From Felis catus (lineage: Eukaryota), in contig NC_058368.1 of assembly GCF_018350175.1 (NCBI RefSeq), forward strand, positions 237,462,001 to 237,526,000: a stretch of DNA of 64,000 nt. Reading direction: 5' to 3'. The position numbers and the translations under genes were made by a program. Below, piece by piece: positions 26,656 through 40,168 of the stretch (positions within the stretch are counted from its first letter, which is position 1; each line of letters opens with the position of its first letter). The notes beneath the pieces were generated by a model. The model was not told where the DNA came from, did no database searches, and worked only from the letters and a program-made list of their open reading frames with translations.

Positions 26656-27758
26656 TGGATATTTCATAGTGATAAAGTAGTTAATAAAGAAAAAAAAAGC
26701 AATCCTAAATTTGTATGCACCCAATAATAATGTGTTGAAATACATGAGGCAAAAAAATTGACAGAGTGAAGGAGAACTAGACAAGAACAGTTGGTGATAT
26801 TAACACTCCTCTCTCAGCAATTGATAGAACAAGTAGAAAGAAAATCAATAAGGACATAGAAGACCTAAATAACATCATCAACCAACTTTAATCAATTGGT
26901 CTATAGAGAATACTCTGCCTAACAACAGCAGAATGCATTTCTCAAGTGAATCTGGTATCTTCCCCAATATAGACCAAATAATTGACCATGAAACAAGTTT
27001 CAATAAACTTAAGAGGGATGAAATTATACAGAGCATATTCTTTGATACAGTGGTATTAAATTAGGAATAAATAATAAGAATGCATCTATAATATTTCTGC
27101 ATATTTGGAAACTAAGCAAAATATATTTAAATAACCCAATGGGTCAAAGAAGAGGGTGAGAAGAAAGGGAATTGAGAAAATAGTTTAAATAAAAATGAAA
27201 ACACAGCACATAAAAATGTGTAAGCTTCAGCAAAAGCAATGCTTAGAAGGTAATTTGTAGTTTAATGCTAAATATGAAAAGAAGAAAAGTTGAAAATCAG
27301 TGGTCTAGGCCTCCCCCTTAGAAGCTAAAAGAAAAAGAATATCAAATAAATAAGAGAAGGAGTGAAATATTAAGATCAGAGCTGAAATCAATGATTAAAA
27401 AAAAAAGACTTACAATAGGGAAAAATCAATGAAACCAAAAGCTCATTCTTTGAAAAAAAATCAATAAAATTCATGAATCTGTAGTTTACTTAACAAGAAA
27501 AAATGAGAAGATATAAATTATTAATATCCAGAATCAAAGAAGGCACATCACTACAGATCCCACAGATGTTAAAGAGATAATAAGGAAACATTATAATGTG
27601 TTTTATGGCAATGCATTCAATCATTTATATAAAACTGAGACAATTTCTTGAAAGATATCAAACATAAGGAAGAATAGAAAATATGAGTAGTTCTGTATTT
27701 ATCAAAATATTAAATTTATCATGAAAAATTCCCTACAAAGAAAATTCAGTGATCAATT

Positions 27759-27961
27759 ATTTTTTGTTTATTTATTTTTGAGAGAGAGAGAGAGCGCGCA
27801 CAAGTGAGTGGGGGAGGGGCAGAGAGAGAGAGGGAGAGAGAGAATCCCAAGCAGGCTCCACACTGTCAGCAGAGCCCGATGGAGAGCTTGAACCCATGTA
27901 CTATGAGATCATGACCTGATCTGAAGTCAGACCCTTAACTGACTGAGCCACCCAGTCCCTC
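27759..27961 (-). mobile_element. CanSINE
   Basis: Reverse SINE with TSD aaaattcagtgatcaatt on both sides. Confidence 0.9.
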
Positions 27962-29823
27962 CAAAAATTCAGTGATCAATTCTATTAATATTTTCAGAAA
28001 TAAGAAGAACAACAATGATAAAAATGTTTCAGAAAATAAAGGAGGAGGGAAATACTTCCGATCTCATTTTGTGAACCAAAACTACTTCATTACTAAGACA
28101 CCAAAAACAGAAGAAAAAAGAACTATCAAAATCCATTATGAAAAAAAAGGATGCAAATTCTTTTACAAAATATCAGCAAATAAAAACTGGCAACAAAAAG
28201 AAAATACATTATGACCAAATAGAGTTCATTTCAAAAATTTAAGATTAAGTTAGCGTTCGAAAATCAACCAATATAATTCACCATATTAACAAGAAGACAA
28301 AGAAAGAGGAGGAGGAAGGGAGGGAGGAGAAGAAGAAGGAGAAGAGGAAGAAGAAATTACTTCAACAGATGGAAAAAATATTTGATAAAATTCAATACCT
28401 TTTCATGATTTAAGGCTCAGCAAACTGAAAACAATAAATTGAAGATCACAAAATCAAGTAGCAAGATACCCCAGCTCACTGATTAGAAGAACCAATATTG
28501 TTAATATGTAGATATTACCCAAAGCCATCTACAGATTAATGCAATCCCTGTCAAAATGCCAACATTTTTCACAGAAATAGATCAAATAATCCTAAAATCG
28601 GTATGAAACCAGAAAAGACCCCAAATAGCCAAAGAATCTTGAGAAAGGAGAATAAAACGAGAGGTATCACAACTGAGGGTTCGAGATGTGCTACATAAGG
28701 CTGTAGTGCAACGGTATGGTCCTGGCACAAAGTAGACACATAAATCAATGGAACCCAATGGGGAACCCAGGAATAAACCCATGCTTATCTGGTCAATTAA
28801 CTTACAACAAAGGAAGCAAGAATATACAACGGGAAAAACTGGACCATTTTTACACACCATACACAAAAATAAATTCGAAATGGAACAAAGACCTGAATGT
28901 GAGACCCGAAACCATAAAATTCCTGAAAGAAAACATAGGCAGTAATCTTTGACATCAGCCATAGAATTATTTTTCTAGATATGTCTCCTAAGGCAAGGGA
29001 AACAAAAGGAAAAATTAAACTATTAGACCTACACCAAAATCAAAATCTTTTAAACATGAAGGAAGCGTCAACAAAACAACAAGGCAAACTACTCAATGGG
29101 AGAAGATATTTACAAATTACACACTCAATAAAAGGTAATGTCCAAAATATATAGAGAACTTATGCAACTGAAAACCAAAAACCAAATAATCCAATTAAAA
29201 ATGGGCAGAGGACCTGAATGGACATTTTTTCCAAAGAAGACATCCAGATGGCCAACAGACACATGAAAAGATGCTCAACGTCACTCATCATCAGGGAAAT
29301 GCAAATTAAAATTGCAATGAGATATCACCTGACACCTGTCAGAAAGGCTAAAATCAAAAACACGAGAAATAACAAATGTTGGCGAAGATGTGGACAAAAA
29401 AGAACCCTTATGCTTTGTTTGAGGGAATGCGAAGTGGTTCAGTCACTGAGGAGAACAGTATGGAGGATCCTCTAAAAATTGAAAATAGAAATACATATGA
29501 TACAGTAATTCCACTACCAAGTATTTACCCAAAGAATACAAAAACACTCATTGAAAGGGATACATGCACACCCACATTTATCGTAGCACTATGAACAACA
29601 CCAAACTATGGAAAGAGTTCAAGTATCCATCGATCAATGAATGGATAAAGAAGATGTGGTGTATATATACAAGGGAATGTTACTCAGCCATGAAAAAGAA
29701 ATCTTGCCATTTGCAACGACGTGGATGGAGCTAAAAAGTATAATGCTAAGTGAAGTTAAGTCAGTCAGGGAAAGATGAATATATGTTTTTGCTCATGTAT
29801 GGAATTTAAGAAACAAAACAAAT

Positions 29824-30024
29824 GGGGGCACCTGGGTGGCTCAGTTGGTTGAGCATCCGACTTTGGTTCAGGTAATGATCTCACAGTTGATGGGTTCTAG
29901 CCCATTGTTAGGCTGACAGCTCAGAGCCCGGAGCCTCCTTTGGATTCTGTGTCTCCCTCTCTCTGCCCCTCCCCTGCTCACGCTCTCTCTCTCTTTCTCT
30001 GCTCCTTTCCCACTCGCACTAGGC

Positions 30025-30057
<33 letters not shown>

Positions 30058-30086
30058 GCAAATAGTAAGTAAACATTTAAAAAAAT
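29824..30086 (+). mobile_element. CanSINE inside the carnivore L1 3' UTR
   Basis: gggggcacctgggtggctcagttgg head and extended (CT)n. Confidence 0.9.
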
Positions 30087-30089
30087 TAA

Positions 30090-30275
30090 AAAAAAAAGAG
30101 GTTAGAGAGGGAGAGAGCCAAAGCATAAGAGACTCTTAAAAACTGAGAACAAACTGAGGGTTGATGGGGGTGGGAGGGAGGGGAGGGTGGGTGATGGGTA
30201 TTGAGGAGGGCACCTTTTGGGATGAGCACTGGGTGTTGTATGGAAACCAATCTGACAATAAATTTCATATTAAAA
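30090..30275 (+). mobile_element. Short felid L1 3'-terminal fragment in the SINE A-tail
   Basis: Same 3' end as the L1 at 2808 (...gggtgttgtatggaaaccaatctgacaataaatttcatattaaaaa). Confidence 0.88.
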
Positions 30276-33200
30276 ATTTTTTAAAAAATGAACAACAAAA
30301 AGATAAGCAAACAACAACAATAAAGACTTATACACAGAGAACAAACTGGTGGTTGCCAGAAGGGAGGTGAAGGGTGGTAATTGAAACAGACAAAGAGGAT
30401 TAAGAGAACACTATCTTGATGAGCACTGAGTGGGGGAAACAAAAACAAAAACAAAAAGTCAGCAAACTAAGGGAGCAGAGAACATCCGTAAACCAGTAAA
30501 GATCATCTGAAGTTACTTACAATCAACAACATCTTTAGTGGTGGAAGACTGAATGCTTTCCTCCAGGATCAGGAACAAGGCGAGGGTGTCCGTTCCCACC
30601 ACCTCTAATCAACGCTGTAGCAGAGACTCTATTTAGTGCAATAAGGCCAAAAAAAGAAGCCATCATCACAGCTTCTCAAAGAAGAAATAAAGTTGTCTTT
30701 ATTTGTGGATAATATATTTTGTGAATGACATAATTTTTACATGGTAAGTCCTAAATCATATGGAATCATCAAAAGTGTCTAGAATTCAGAATGGATTTGG
30801 CAAAGTCATACGATGAAAGGTCAATATGCATAATTCATTATATGCTAGCAAAAAGCAACTGGAAAATGAATTTTAATATCCATTATCGATAGCATCACAA
30901 ATACGTAAAAACAAAAATGTCCAAATATGTGCTGTGCTCCCATCCTGAAGACTACAGAATATTGCTGAAGAAAATGAAACAAACCTACGTAAATAGTGAG
31001 ATACATCATGTACCTGGATCAGACACCCAATTTGTTACAGTATCAATTGTCCTTTAATTAATCAGTAGATTTATTGCAATACAAATGAAAACCTCAACAG
31101 GCTTTCCAGTGGAAAACGACAGGCTGACTTGAAAACTTGACCAAACGGGCAAAGGACCTGGAGGAACCAAGACTGTCGTAAACTGGACCCGAGAGGGAGG
31201 GCCGCCACAGTCTAGTTTCAAAGCTTGCTGTTTTACTACAGCCATGAAGCCCATGTGGTCCTGACATTGAAAGGGACGTGCAGCCGATGGCACAGAATCA
31301 ATTACCGAGAGACAGATCATACGGACGCGGTCAATGGCGTTTCTACAAAGAGGGTACGGCAAGTTCGTGGGGAAGAGACAGTCTGTCTACTAAATGGTTC
31401 TAGGACAAGTGGACGTCAAACGCAAATTTTAACTTGAAATGAGTCACGGCCCTACATATAAAACTATAAAAGTTCTTGAAGAAATAATAAGAAATCTTTG
31501 TGACACGGATACAGGCCAAGATTATTTAGGACCTAAAACGCAGAGACCTCATAAAAGAGAAACTGACAAGTGGAACTTCCACAAATTAAAGACTTTGTGC
31601 TCGGGAGGAAGTCACAGAAATAGAAAGGCATGCCACAGACTAGAGAAAATATTCACAATATGCATGTCAGACCAAAGGCTGATGTCCAAAATATCACTCA
31701 ATAAAAACAATACAAACAGCCATGTTTTTTTAAATGTTGACAAATGTCTCAACATTCCATCTGTAAGCAAAAAATATGTGAACGATCAATAAACACATGG
31801 AACATGTTTCTTTAAATCATCAAAGAAATGCAAATTAAAATCCCGAGAAGTTACCAGCGCAAACCCACCAGAATAATGAACGTTTTAAATCCTGAAAATA
31901 TCGGGTACGGACGGAGCACAAAGGTACGGACGGCGACCGATGGTAGCATTATAATCACTGGTGGAAATGGAGAATGGTACGCCCCTCCAGAGAGCTATTT
32001 GGAAGATTCTTATAAAGTTGAGCATGCACTTACTTTATGGCCCAGCACACAAACTCCCGGGTGTTTACACGAGAAGTCAAAAGAATATTCCACACAAAGA
32101 CCAGTTCATGTGTGTTCACAGCAGTTTTACTCTCAACAGCCAGTAAATGAGCACATTTAAAGTTATGCCCTAGTCATATGCTTACAGATACAATTAGAGA
32201 GAAGCTGAGAAGGAACTAAGAAAGCATGATCAAGTCAAACAAATGAAAGTTTATAAAGGAAGAATGAAATGGAAAAATACGGTATCTGCGAAAGCAGAAA
32301 CAGACAAAAATATACTGAAAAGAAAAGCTAAGTAGACAGATCAGTGCTCATGATAAATGTAAGAGCTCCTTTCATGTCGTAAATGACAGAAGCTTACACA
32401 CCAGGTAAAAAAATCCTACTACCAGTCGGTTGAAGAGACACATCAAACATGAAGAGAGAAAGACGGGAAGGATAGAGATGTGATCATCAAACTCAAAAAC
32501 GAGCAAGCAAATAGAGCGTGTGGATGTGAAATAAATTTGAATTCAGAGTGAAAACACAGTGGAGAAAGTCAGATCTTCATACGATAAAAGGAATAAAGGA
32601 CTAAACTTATGTCGATTGGAAACTTTTTGCACCCAAAGACAGAACTTGAAAACACACAAAGCAAATAAAGACACGTAGAAAAGTCTCAACCATAGTAAAG
32701 AGACATGAACTTATAGCTCAGAAACTAACAAATCAAATAGAAAAAAGAAAAGTGGCAAAGTTGGATACTATCTTTAATAAGCTTGGTCTAATTTGCCTTT
32801 TGCTACTGAAATTGAACAATTAGAGAATACACATTATTTTAAAATATTCATGAAACGATCACAAAAACTGAGCCTTTATTACTGCATATGGAAATCGCAA
32901 CATATTTTAAATCAATCCATCCATCTTTGCATACACTATCTTTCAACAAACATAAAAAGTGGTTCTTTGAAAAGAAATAATATTCAAACTGTATGTAAAT
33001 TGAATAGGAAAGATTAATGCACAGGCACAAGTAACCAAAATTCAAGGTAGAAGGTAATCAAAACTTTATAGGAATACATTTTAAAACCGACCCATGATGA
33101 AACGATCTTGGAGGTATAAATCGCCAACACTGTCTCAAAACTGGAATCTAAACCACTGGGTTAGTATGTGGTCAATAAAAACCAAGGACCTTGGTGATAT

Positions 33201-33604
33201 GGAAACTCCCTCAAGACACGTTAGCACAAGAAGAAAGTGTCAGACCGCAGTGTGTTCCGTAAAACTTACTCTATCGTCCGCTGTGAGTACAATTATTCTG
33301 TCACGGTTCTGTGGTTCAGAAAGTTGAGTGACTCAAAGTGTCTTGAGAGGTGGGGGGGAGGGCTGTCTTCCCAGCCCACGAACTGACTGTTGGAAGGCTT
33401 TGGCATATGTAGCCTATGGCTTCCGTGAGCGCAGGTGCACACATGTGTATGTACACACGACTTACGGGACCGTGGGTGCATACGCACATACATGCACACA
33501 TGCCTTACATGTCTGTAGGTGCGTGTAGACACATAGAAATGCTTAGAGAAAATGCTGGGGGTACACACTGAGTCTGGGGAGGAGGAATGACTTTGGGGTT
33601 GTGG

Positions 33605-33970
33605 TCTACAGGGGGTTGAATGGTGACCCCCAGAAACATTCTCCTGTGTCCTAATCCCAGAACCTGTGACTAGGATTTTATTTGGAAAACCATTGTCTGC
33701 AGATGTAAGTAAGTCAAGGACCTTGAGATAAAGTCATCCTGGATTATCTGTGTGTGTCCTGAGTCCAGTGACAGCCCCCAGGACAGACCGAAGAGGAGAG
33801 GCCGTGTCGGGGAGGACAGCCACTTGAACTTGGAGGCAGAGGCTGGAGCAAGGCGGCCCCAAGCCCGGGAACACCCAGGATCACGAGCAAGCACCCGACA
33901 GCAAGAGGGACAGGGATGAAAGGATTCTCCCCGGAGCCTCCAGGGGAGCTGTCACAGGGTCCTACCACTG
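33605..33970 (+). mobile_element. MaLR LTR (MLT1C/D-like)
   Basis: gggttgaatggtgaccccca...gtcctaatcccagaacctgtga...tttggaaaa...tgcagatgtaa...ttgagat...catcctggattat...ggattctccccggagcctcca. Confidence 0.8.
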
Positions 33971-34440
33971 CGACCCAGTACCTGTGAAAGGGCGGTGGGT
34001 GATCTGCTGTGCGCTAGGGTCCTCAACTATTCAGCTTCTCGGTCATTACGACGATTAAAAGTCACAGTCACGTCGCTGCTCCGTAGGAGGGGGTGCTGGC
34101 GAAGGACAGACAGCCGCTCCTACGGGTCACCCTCCACAGTCGGTCCCCGACGTCACTCAAACACAGATATTGAGGAAGGAGACCCCGCGACCACGTGCTC
34201 CATCACAGAAGCGCTGACTCAGCTTTCCAGGCTTTTATTTCCAGATTTTCTGTGACTTATTATTTCCAGGGTTTTATTAGTATCGCACCTGCTTTATCGC
34301 ACACACAATCTAGCCAATGGTAGCGGCTCTCCCTGCAATGTTTTCCACATGGCTCTGCGCCCTTCTTGTTCAGTGTCTACTCAGGGTTCCACCGCGAGGC
34401 TGTATCGCGGCGGTTTTGACCCAGGACCTCTTCTCTACTT

Positions 34441-34505
34441 CTTTTTTTATTTTATTTTTTTATATTTTTAGTTATACTTTCTTTTATTTTTTCTTTATTT
34501 ATTTT

Positions 34506-34536
<31 letters not shown>

Positions 34537-34702
34537 CGCGAGTGGGGGAGGGTCAGAGAGGGAGGGGGAGAGAGAATCTCCAGCAGGCTTCATGCCGTCA
34601 GGGCAGAGCCTAACTCGGGGCTTGATCTCAGGACCATGAGATCATGACCTGAGCCAAAAGCAACAGCTGGATGCTTAACTGACTGACCCACCCAGGCGTC
34701 CC
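34441..34702 (-). mobile_element. CanSINE
   Basis: T-rich tail, (GA)n and reverse head. Confidence 0.88.
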
Positions 34703-35100
34703 TGTCTCTCTTAATTATAAAATGCCACATATTTGTGGTGAGAAGCAATGTGAACATTGATAAGGACACATACTCACCCTAGAATCTTTATTCGATTCCT
34801 CAGAAGTTAAACCTCCAACCACATAGTGCGAATCTTGACAAATACTTCCTTGCGTATGTAGCTGGTGTGGGCATGATTTTAGAGCTGACGGATGGTCCTC
34901 TGCCAGTGCATAATTACCTACTACGCTTCCTGACAGGTGTTTAAGCCGGTTCCAGTTTTCTGCTATGACAAGCACGCCTTCGTAATGCTCCTATGCACGT
35001 AGTTTGGGATATTTCCATAGTTGAAATTTCCGGAAACAGGATTCTTATTCAGAGACTACAAAGATTCTGTATTTTGACAAACATTTAAAAATAGCTTCCA

Positions 35101-35320
35101 GGGGCGCCTGGGTGGCTCAGTCGGTTGAGTGTCCTACTTTGGCTCGGGTCATGATCTCACAGCTCATGAGTTTGAGCCTGGCGTCGGGCTCTGTGCTGAC
35201 AGCTCGGAGCCTGGAGCCTGCTTCGGATTCTGTGTCTCCCTCTCTCTCTCTGCCCCAACCCACTCGCATTCTGTCTCTGTCTCTCTCAAAAATAAATAAA
35301 CATTAAAAAAATTTTTTTAA
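35101..35320 (+). mobile_element. CanSINE
   Basis: ggggcgcctgggtggctcagtcgg head; flanks aat(a/t)gcttcca. Confidence 0.92.
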
Positions 35321-37795
35321 TTGCTTCCAAAAAGCATAGTTTATATCTATGCCCCGAAATAGATGATTTCTGTTCCCTCCACCTTGAGCATATTCTCCCA
35401 TTTGCTCATGAAATAGCTTGAGCTCTTTTGTTATCGTTGTTGATGTTTAATTTCCAGTAGGCTATTTGGGGGTCATTTTGTGGTTAATTTATATCATTGT
35501 TGCCTGGGCATGTGTTGTTTGGGGAACCATGCAATAATTTTGCAACCTCAAACTTGCATCTTTTCATATGTACCTTATAAGCATATGTATTTTTATTTGT
35601 GGGAAATATGTGAATATACATACATACCTATTTACGAAAATCTAACACCATTCTAATTTGGTTCCATAACATGGGCCGGTACAAGAATTCCCGTTAGAGA
35701 GAAAAGGATCTTTGTTGGTGCAAACCCTTCCTAAGGAACTTAACCCTGGCGTTGTGGCCATCGGCAGAAGCCAGCTCAAGAACACTGTGTAACGTCGCTC
35801 TTCCTGAGCAAGAGTGGGTGCTGGGGGCTTGCCCCCTCCCCAGGGGGATGTGCAGAGGGGAACAGCAGGAAAGAGGGAGGCGACCATGCAGGGGAAACAG
35901 CCCCACAACAAATCTGAAGCTGCCTTTATCTTGAAGCAAACCCGCCCCCCTCCCCCCACCCCAGGCCTCCTCCCACGTCCAGCAAAGCGGGGCTCCTGCC
36001 TGCAGAGGTGAGGCAGAGCCAGCTGGCAGGGCAGAGCCTCCTGGGAGAGCAGGTGTGGAGAGTGGCCTGCACCCGGGGCCCGGAGCTGCCCTGGCCTGCA
36101 GACCTGTGCCCAGGCCGGGCCGGGGGGGGGGGGGGGGGGCCCGGAGCCTGCCCCGGGAAGGGCTAGCCCTGGAATGGCCCAGGTTCCAGGTTCCTGGTCC
36201 CAGGTGGTGGAAACAGGTCGAACCAGTTGTGCCGGGAGCACCTCTCACCTGCACTGAGGTGTGTGGCACCTGAGGGCACATTCCAGCCTTGGGGGGTGGG
36301 GGGAGGGGGCCGGGAGTGGGGGGCAGCCCCTGCAACAAACAGCACACACCAGGCCCGGGGCAACCCCAAACACAAAGCATGCTCTTCACTTAGAGGCGGC
36401 CATCAGCACAGCAATCTCAAAAGGACTCAAGTGCCTGCTCCCCCCACCCCGGCTGCCGGGGGTCAGGGGCCGGGAAGCGGACACAGAGGAAGCTGGTCCT
36501 TGCCCGAGCGCAGGGAGGCCCGTGACAAATTCGAGCTTGGGCAGCCCTAGCACCATATAGGGACCCCTGAAACTGGGGGTAAAGAAAGGACAGGGTCACC
36601 AGAGACCAGGGGGAGCGAGAGGCCAGAGACCAGCCGGGCAGACCTGCCCAGTCCTCCCCCCCCCCCAGGCCCCCAGGTCAGCGTGAATCAGCTTTGGTCT
36701 CACGGCGAACAGTCCTGTCCCCGGGTGACCCACCCGCACCTACCTGCCTGGGGCTGGCCGCTCTCTCCCCCCACTTCTGGAAAGCGGTCAGTCAACAAAC
36801 GTTCTCTTCTGAATTCCTCCTGGAGTCTGCATTTCCTGCCTTTCCCCTCCCCCGACAGAGAAAGCCTCCACCCGCACTTGGTAATGTGGCCTGATTTACA
36901 CACAGGGTCTCTGCGCACCTGACTAAGGTAAAGACCTGCCTGGATTTCAGGGGGGGGGCCCTTCCCAGAAGGGGGGGGGGGCTGTGGGGAAGGCAGAGAC
37001 CGAAGCCGTGTGGCCACAGGGCAGGCAGGACGCCTGGGGCCCCAGACACCGAGGGACGCGGGACCCACGCCCGCCGGCAGCTTGACTTCCAACTTCTGGC
37101 CTCGAGTTCTGACACCGTAAATTCCCTTCGCTTTAAGCCGCCCCATTTGCGGACCTTTTTTACACCCGCCTCCGGGAAGAACCGTCTTCTGGACCCATGG
37201 GCTGCTCCCTCTAAGACTTTGGAAGTCTGTGGCCACATTCCCCAGATAAACCCTCTGACCTCCCCACGCCTTCCGGAAACTCACTCTCCCTCCGTTCTGG
37301 CTTCTTCTCAGATGTCACCTCGTGACCTTCTCTCGTGGGCACTCATAAAAGAGCCCTCGGATCGCCTACCCTTGTTTCCCTGTGCCTCTAGCACCTTTGA
37401 CCCCTGAGAAACGACGATGTGTCCAGCACAGCTGGTCAGGCCACAGCCGTCTCGGACATGTGCCTTCGCAACACAAGACAGCTCCAGGGGCCTCGGTCCA
37501 GGCCGGCCACCACTGGCCACACGGACCAGCCCCAGCCTTGAGCTCATGGATTCAGGGACCCCGTGTACACATCTGTCTGTGCACCAGCAAATACCAACAG
37601 AGCATCCTGAAAATCGAAGCCTGGGTCCTTCTTCTACCCTTGGAGCACAAGCCCGAAAACCCATGTGAATTAGAAGAGCCCACTGAGATACATGCCCATT
37701 AATACACTATTGCTTCCGACCGCACAGGTGAGGGAGGTACGGGTGAGAGACCATGCTTAGCTCACGGTTGATTAAAAAAGCACATCGAAAAACTA

Positions 37796-37995
37796 GGGGT
37801 GCCTGTATGGCTTGGTCAGTTAAGCGTCCAACTTCGGCTCAGGGCATGAGCTCACAGTTGGTGGGTTCGAGCCCCGTGTCGGGCTCTGTGCTGACGGCTC
37901 GGAGCCTGGAGCCTGCTTCGGATCCTGTGTCTCCCTCTCTCTCTGCCCCTCCCCTGCTCTCACTCTGTCTCCCTCTCCCTCTTTCTCAAAAATAA
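37796..37995 (+). mobile_element. CanSINE
   Basis: Typical head and body. Confidence 0.9.
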
Positions 37996-38099
37996 CTAAA
38001 GATTTAAAACAATTAGAAAGAAAAAAGAAAGAACATTTAAAACAATTAGAAAGAAAGGCAGGTGAGGGAGAGGCTCTTTGGAGAGGACGCTGTAATACT

Positions 38100-38324
38100 T
38101 TTTTTTTAAAATGTTTATTATTTTTGAGAGAGAGAGACAGAGAGACAGAGAGACAGAGTGCAAGCAAGGGAGGGGTGGAGAGAGAGGGAGACACAGAATC
38201 CGAAGCAGGCTCAGGCTCCGAGCTGTCAGCACACAGCCCGACATGGGTCTCAAACTCACAAACCGTGAGATCATGGCCTGAGATGAAGTCGGACGCTCAC
38301 CCGACTGAGCCACTCAGGCACCCC
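38100..38324 (-). mobile_element. CanSINE
   Basis: Reverse SINE with TSD gacgctgtaatactttt. Confidence 0.92.
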
Positions 38325-39304
38325 AAGACGCTGTAATACTTTTGAAAATGAAAAAGTGAAGCGTGCTCTAAGCCCTCGGAAGACTCACACGCTCATCCGC
38401 AAACTTGCAAACCTGAGAGACAGAGAAGGGAGATCAGAGGAGCGTCAGCGATAATCCTGGAGAACACGCAAGGCGTCCACGTGAGCCACAGACACACATG
38501 CGTGGAGAGTGGGTGACGGGCCGGCACAACGCGGCCACGGTCACTCTGGATGCTGGCAATGGTTTGCAGCTCCTGCTCTGAACTCTCAACGCCGTCCGCA
38601 CCGCATCAGTTTTTGCGTGGCGCGACCCGGTGCAGGCTGGGAGCGTGTGTCCCCAGCCCCCAGCGGCCCGGGGAGGACACTCGCAACACAGGCTTCCCCT
38701 GCCCCCCGCCCCGCTGAGTTTGTTCATGCAAAGTGAGGACACAGTCAGAATGTAAATAAATAACCAAATATTCCCCTGTCAACACTCCTCCTCACTTGTG
38801 TGGACATCAGTCCCCAAGGGAAATAGGACTGGGTCTCACTGAGCCCCTTCTTGTCCAATGTGCACAAAGCTCGGGCCAAGGCCCTCGGTGTCCGCATCAG
38901 CCAGCGGCACGTGGCGTGGCCCAGCTGCCCAGGGAGCGTGTTGGCTCAGGCCGCAGGCCATGGCCTCGCACCCTCGAGGGCTCGGCCAATATTCCCTGCC
39001 AACATAAGGCCCTAACCTGGATTTTGTGCACCGTCTCCGGGGACCCACCAACTGGGAGATGTAAGCGGCCTGTGACATTCTCCCCTGATTTGATTGGGAG
39101 GTTGAGCGTAGAGGGCAGGAGTCTGCTGCGAACCCGGTGGAAGGACGGACCTGCCACCAGGACAGGCCGTAGGAGGCTCCTGCTGGCCGGGCCGATGCTG
39201 TAACCAGTGACTTTCTGTCCTCCCCCGCGTGAAAAACAACCAGCCCCCCCTTTTTTGAAATAAAACGACGACTGTGCCCAGGGGTTACCACTTTGCAGGT
39301 GCTT

Positions 39305-40168
39305 GTGTTGGTCTGCTCAGGTTGTCGTAACAAAGTGCCAGGCCTGGACAGACTGAATGATAGAAATGTATTCTCTGGTTCTGGAAGCCAAAGCCCGAAA
39401 CGGGGGTCTGCATGGCTGGTTCCTTGTGAGGCCTCTCTCCCGGCTGCCGTCTCTCCCCGTGTCCTCACGTGGCCGTCCCCCTGTGCGTGCCTGTGTTCTA
39501 CGCTCCTCTTCTTATAAGGACACCTGTCACATGGGGTTAGGGCCACTTTTAATGGTCTCATTTGGGTTGGTCACCTCTTTAAAAAAACTTTTTTAATGTT
39601 TTTATTTATTTTTGAGACAGAGAGAGACAGAGCATGAGCAGAGGAGGGGCAGAGAGAGGGGGAGACACAGAGTCCGAAGCAGGTCCCAGGCTCCAAGCCG
39701 GCAGCACAGAGCCTGACGTGGGGCTTGAACTCACGGACTGTGAGATCATGACCTGAGCTGAAGTTGGACGCTCGACCGACTGAGCCACCCATGTGCCCCT
39801 GGGTTGGTCACCTCTTAAAAGAGCTTATGTCCAAGTACAGTCGCACGTAGTGGTACTGAGGTTAGGGCTTTATTTTTTTATTTTTTATTTTTTTTTAATT
39901 TTTTTAACTTTTTTTTAATTTATTTTTGAGACAGAGAGAGACAGAGCATGAATGGGGGAGGGGCAGAGAGAGAGGGAGACACAGAATCGGAAGCAGGCTC
40001 CAGGCTCTGAGCCATCAGCCCAGAGCCCGACGCGGGGCTCGAACTCACGGACCGCAAGATCGTGACCTGAGCTGAAGTCGGCCGCTTAACCGATTGAGCC
40101 ACCCAGGCGCCCCCTGAGGTTAGGGCTTTAAAGGATGAATTTGGGGGACACGGTTCACCACACAACCA
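39305..40168 (-). mobile_element. MaLR LTR (MLT1A/B-like) interrupted by two CanSINEs (39580-39799 and 39872-40114, both minus)
   Basis: MLT1-like text (tcctcttcttataaggacacc; tactgaggttagggctt; tgaatttgggggacac). TSDs tgggttggtcacctctt (39563-39579, 39800-39816) and ctgaggttagggcttt (39856-39871, 40114-40129). Confidence 0.85.

Larger units (their letters stand above)
28427..30458 (+). mobile_element. 5'-truncated carnivore L1 (ORF2 3' part and 3' UTR) inserted into the older L1
   Basis: ORF2 C-terminal peptides ([28 protein letters not shown]); TSD tcagcaaact at 28417-28426 and 30459-30468. Confidence 0.88.
24600..32150 (+). mobile_element. Ancient degenerate L1 (ORF1 through ORF2 end) acting as host for younger insertions
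   Basis: A-rich, L1 ORF1-like at about 24.6-25.1 kb; ORF2 EN/RT-like at 26.3-28.4 kb, resuming at 30.47-32.1 kb; no intact ORF. Confidence 0.8.

Noticed and set aside
28582..29594. ORFs with reverse-transcriptase-family peptides
   Set aside because: Fragments of a 5'-truncated, frameshifted L1 ORF2; not an active element or host gene.
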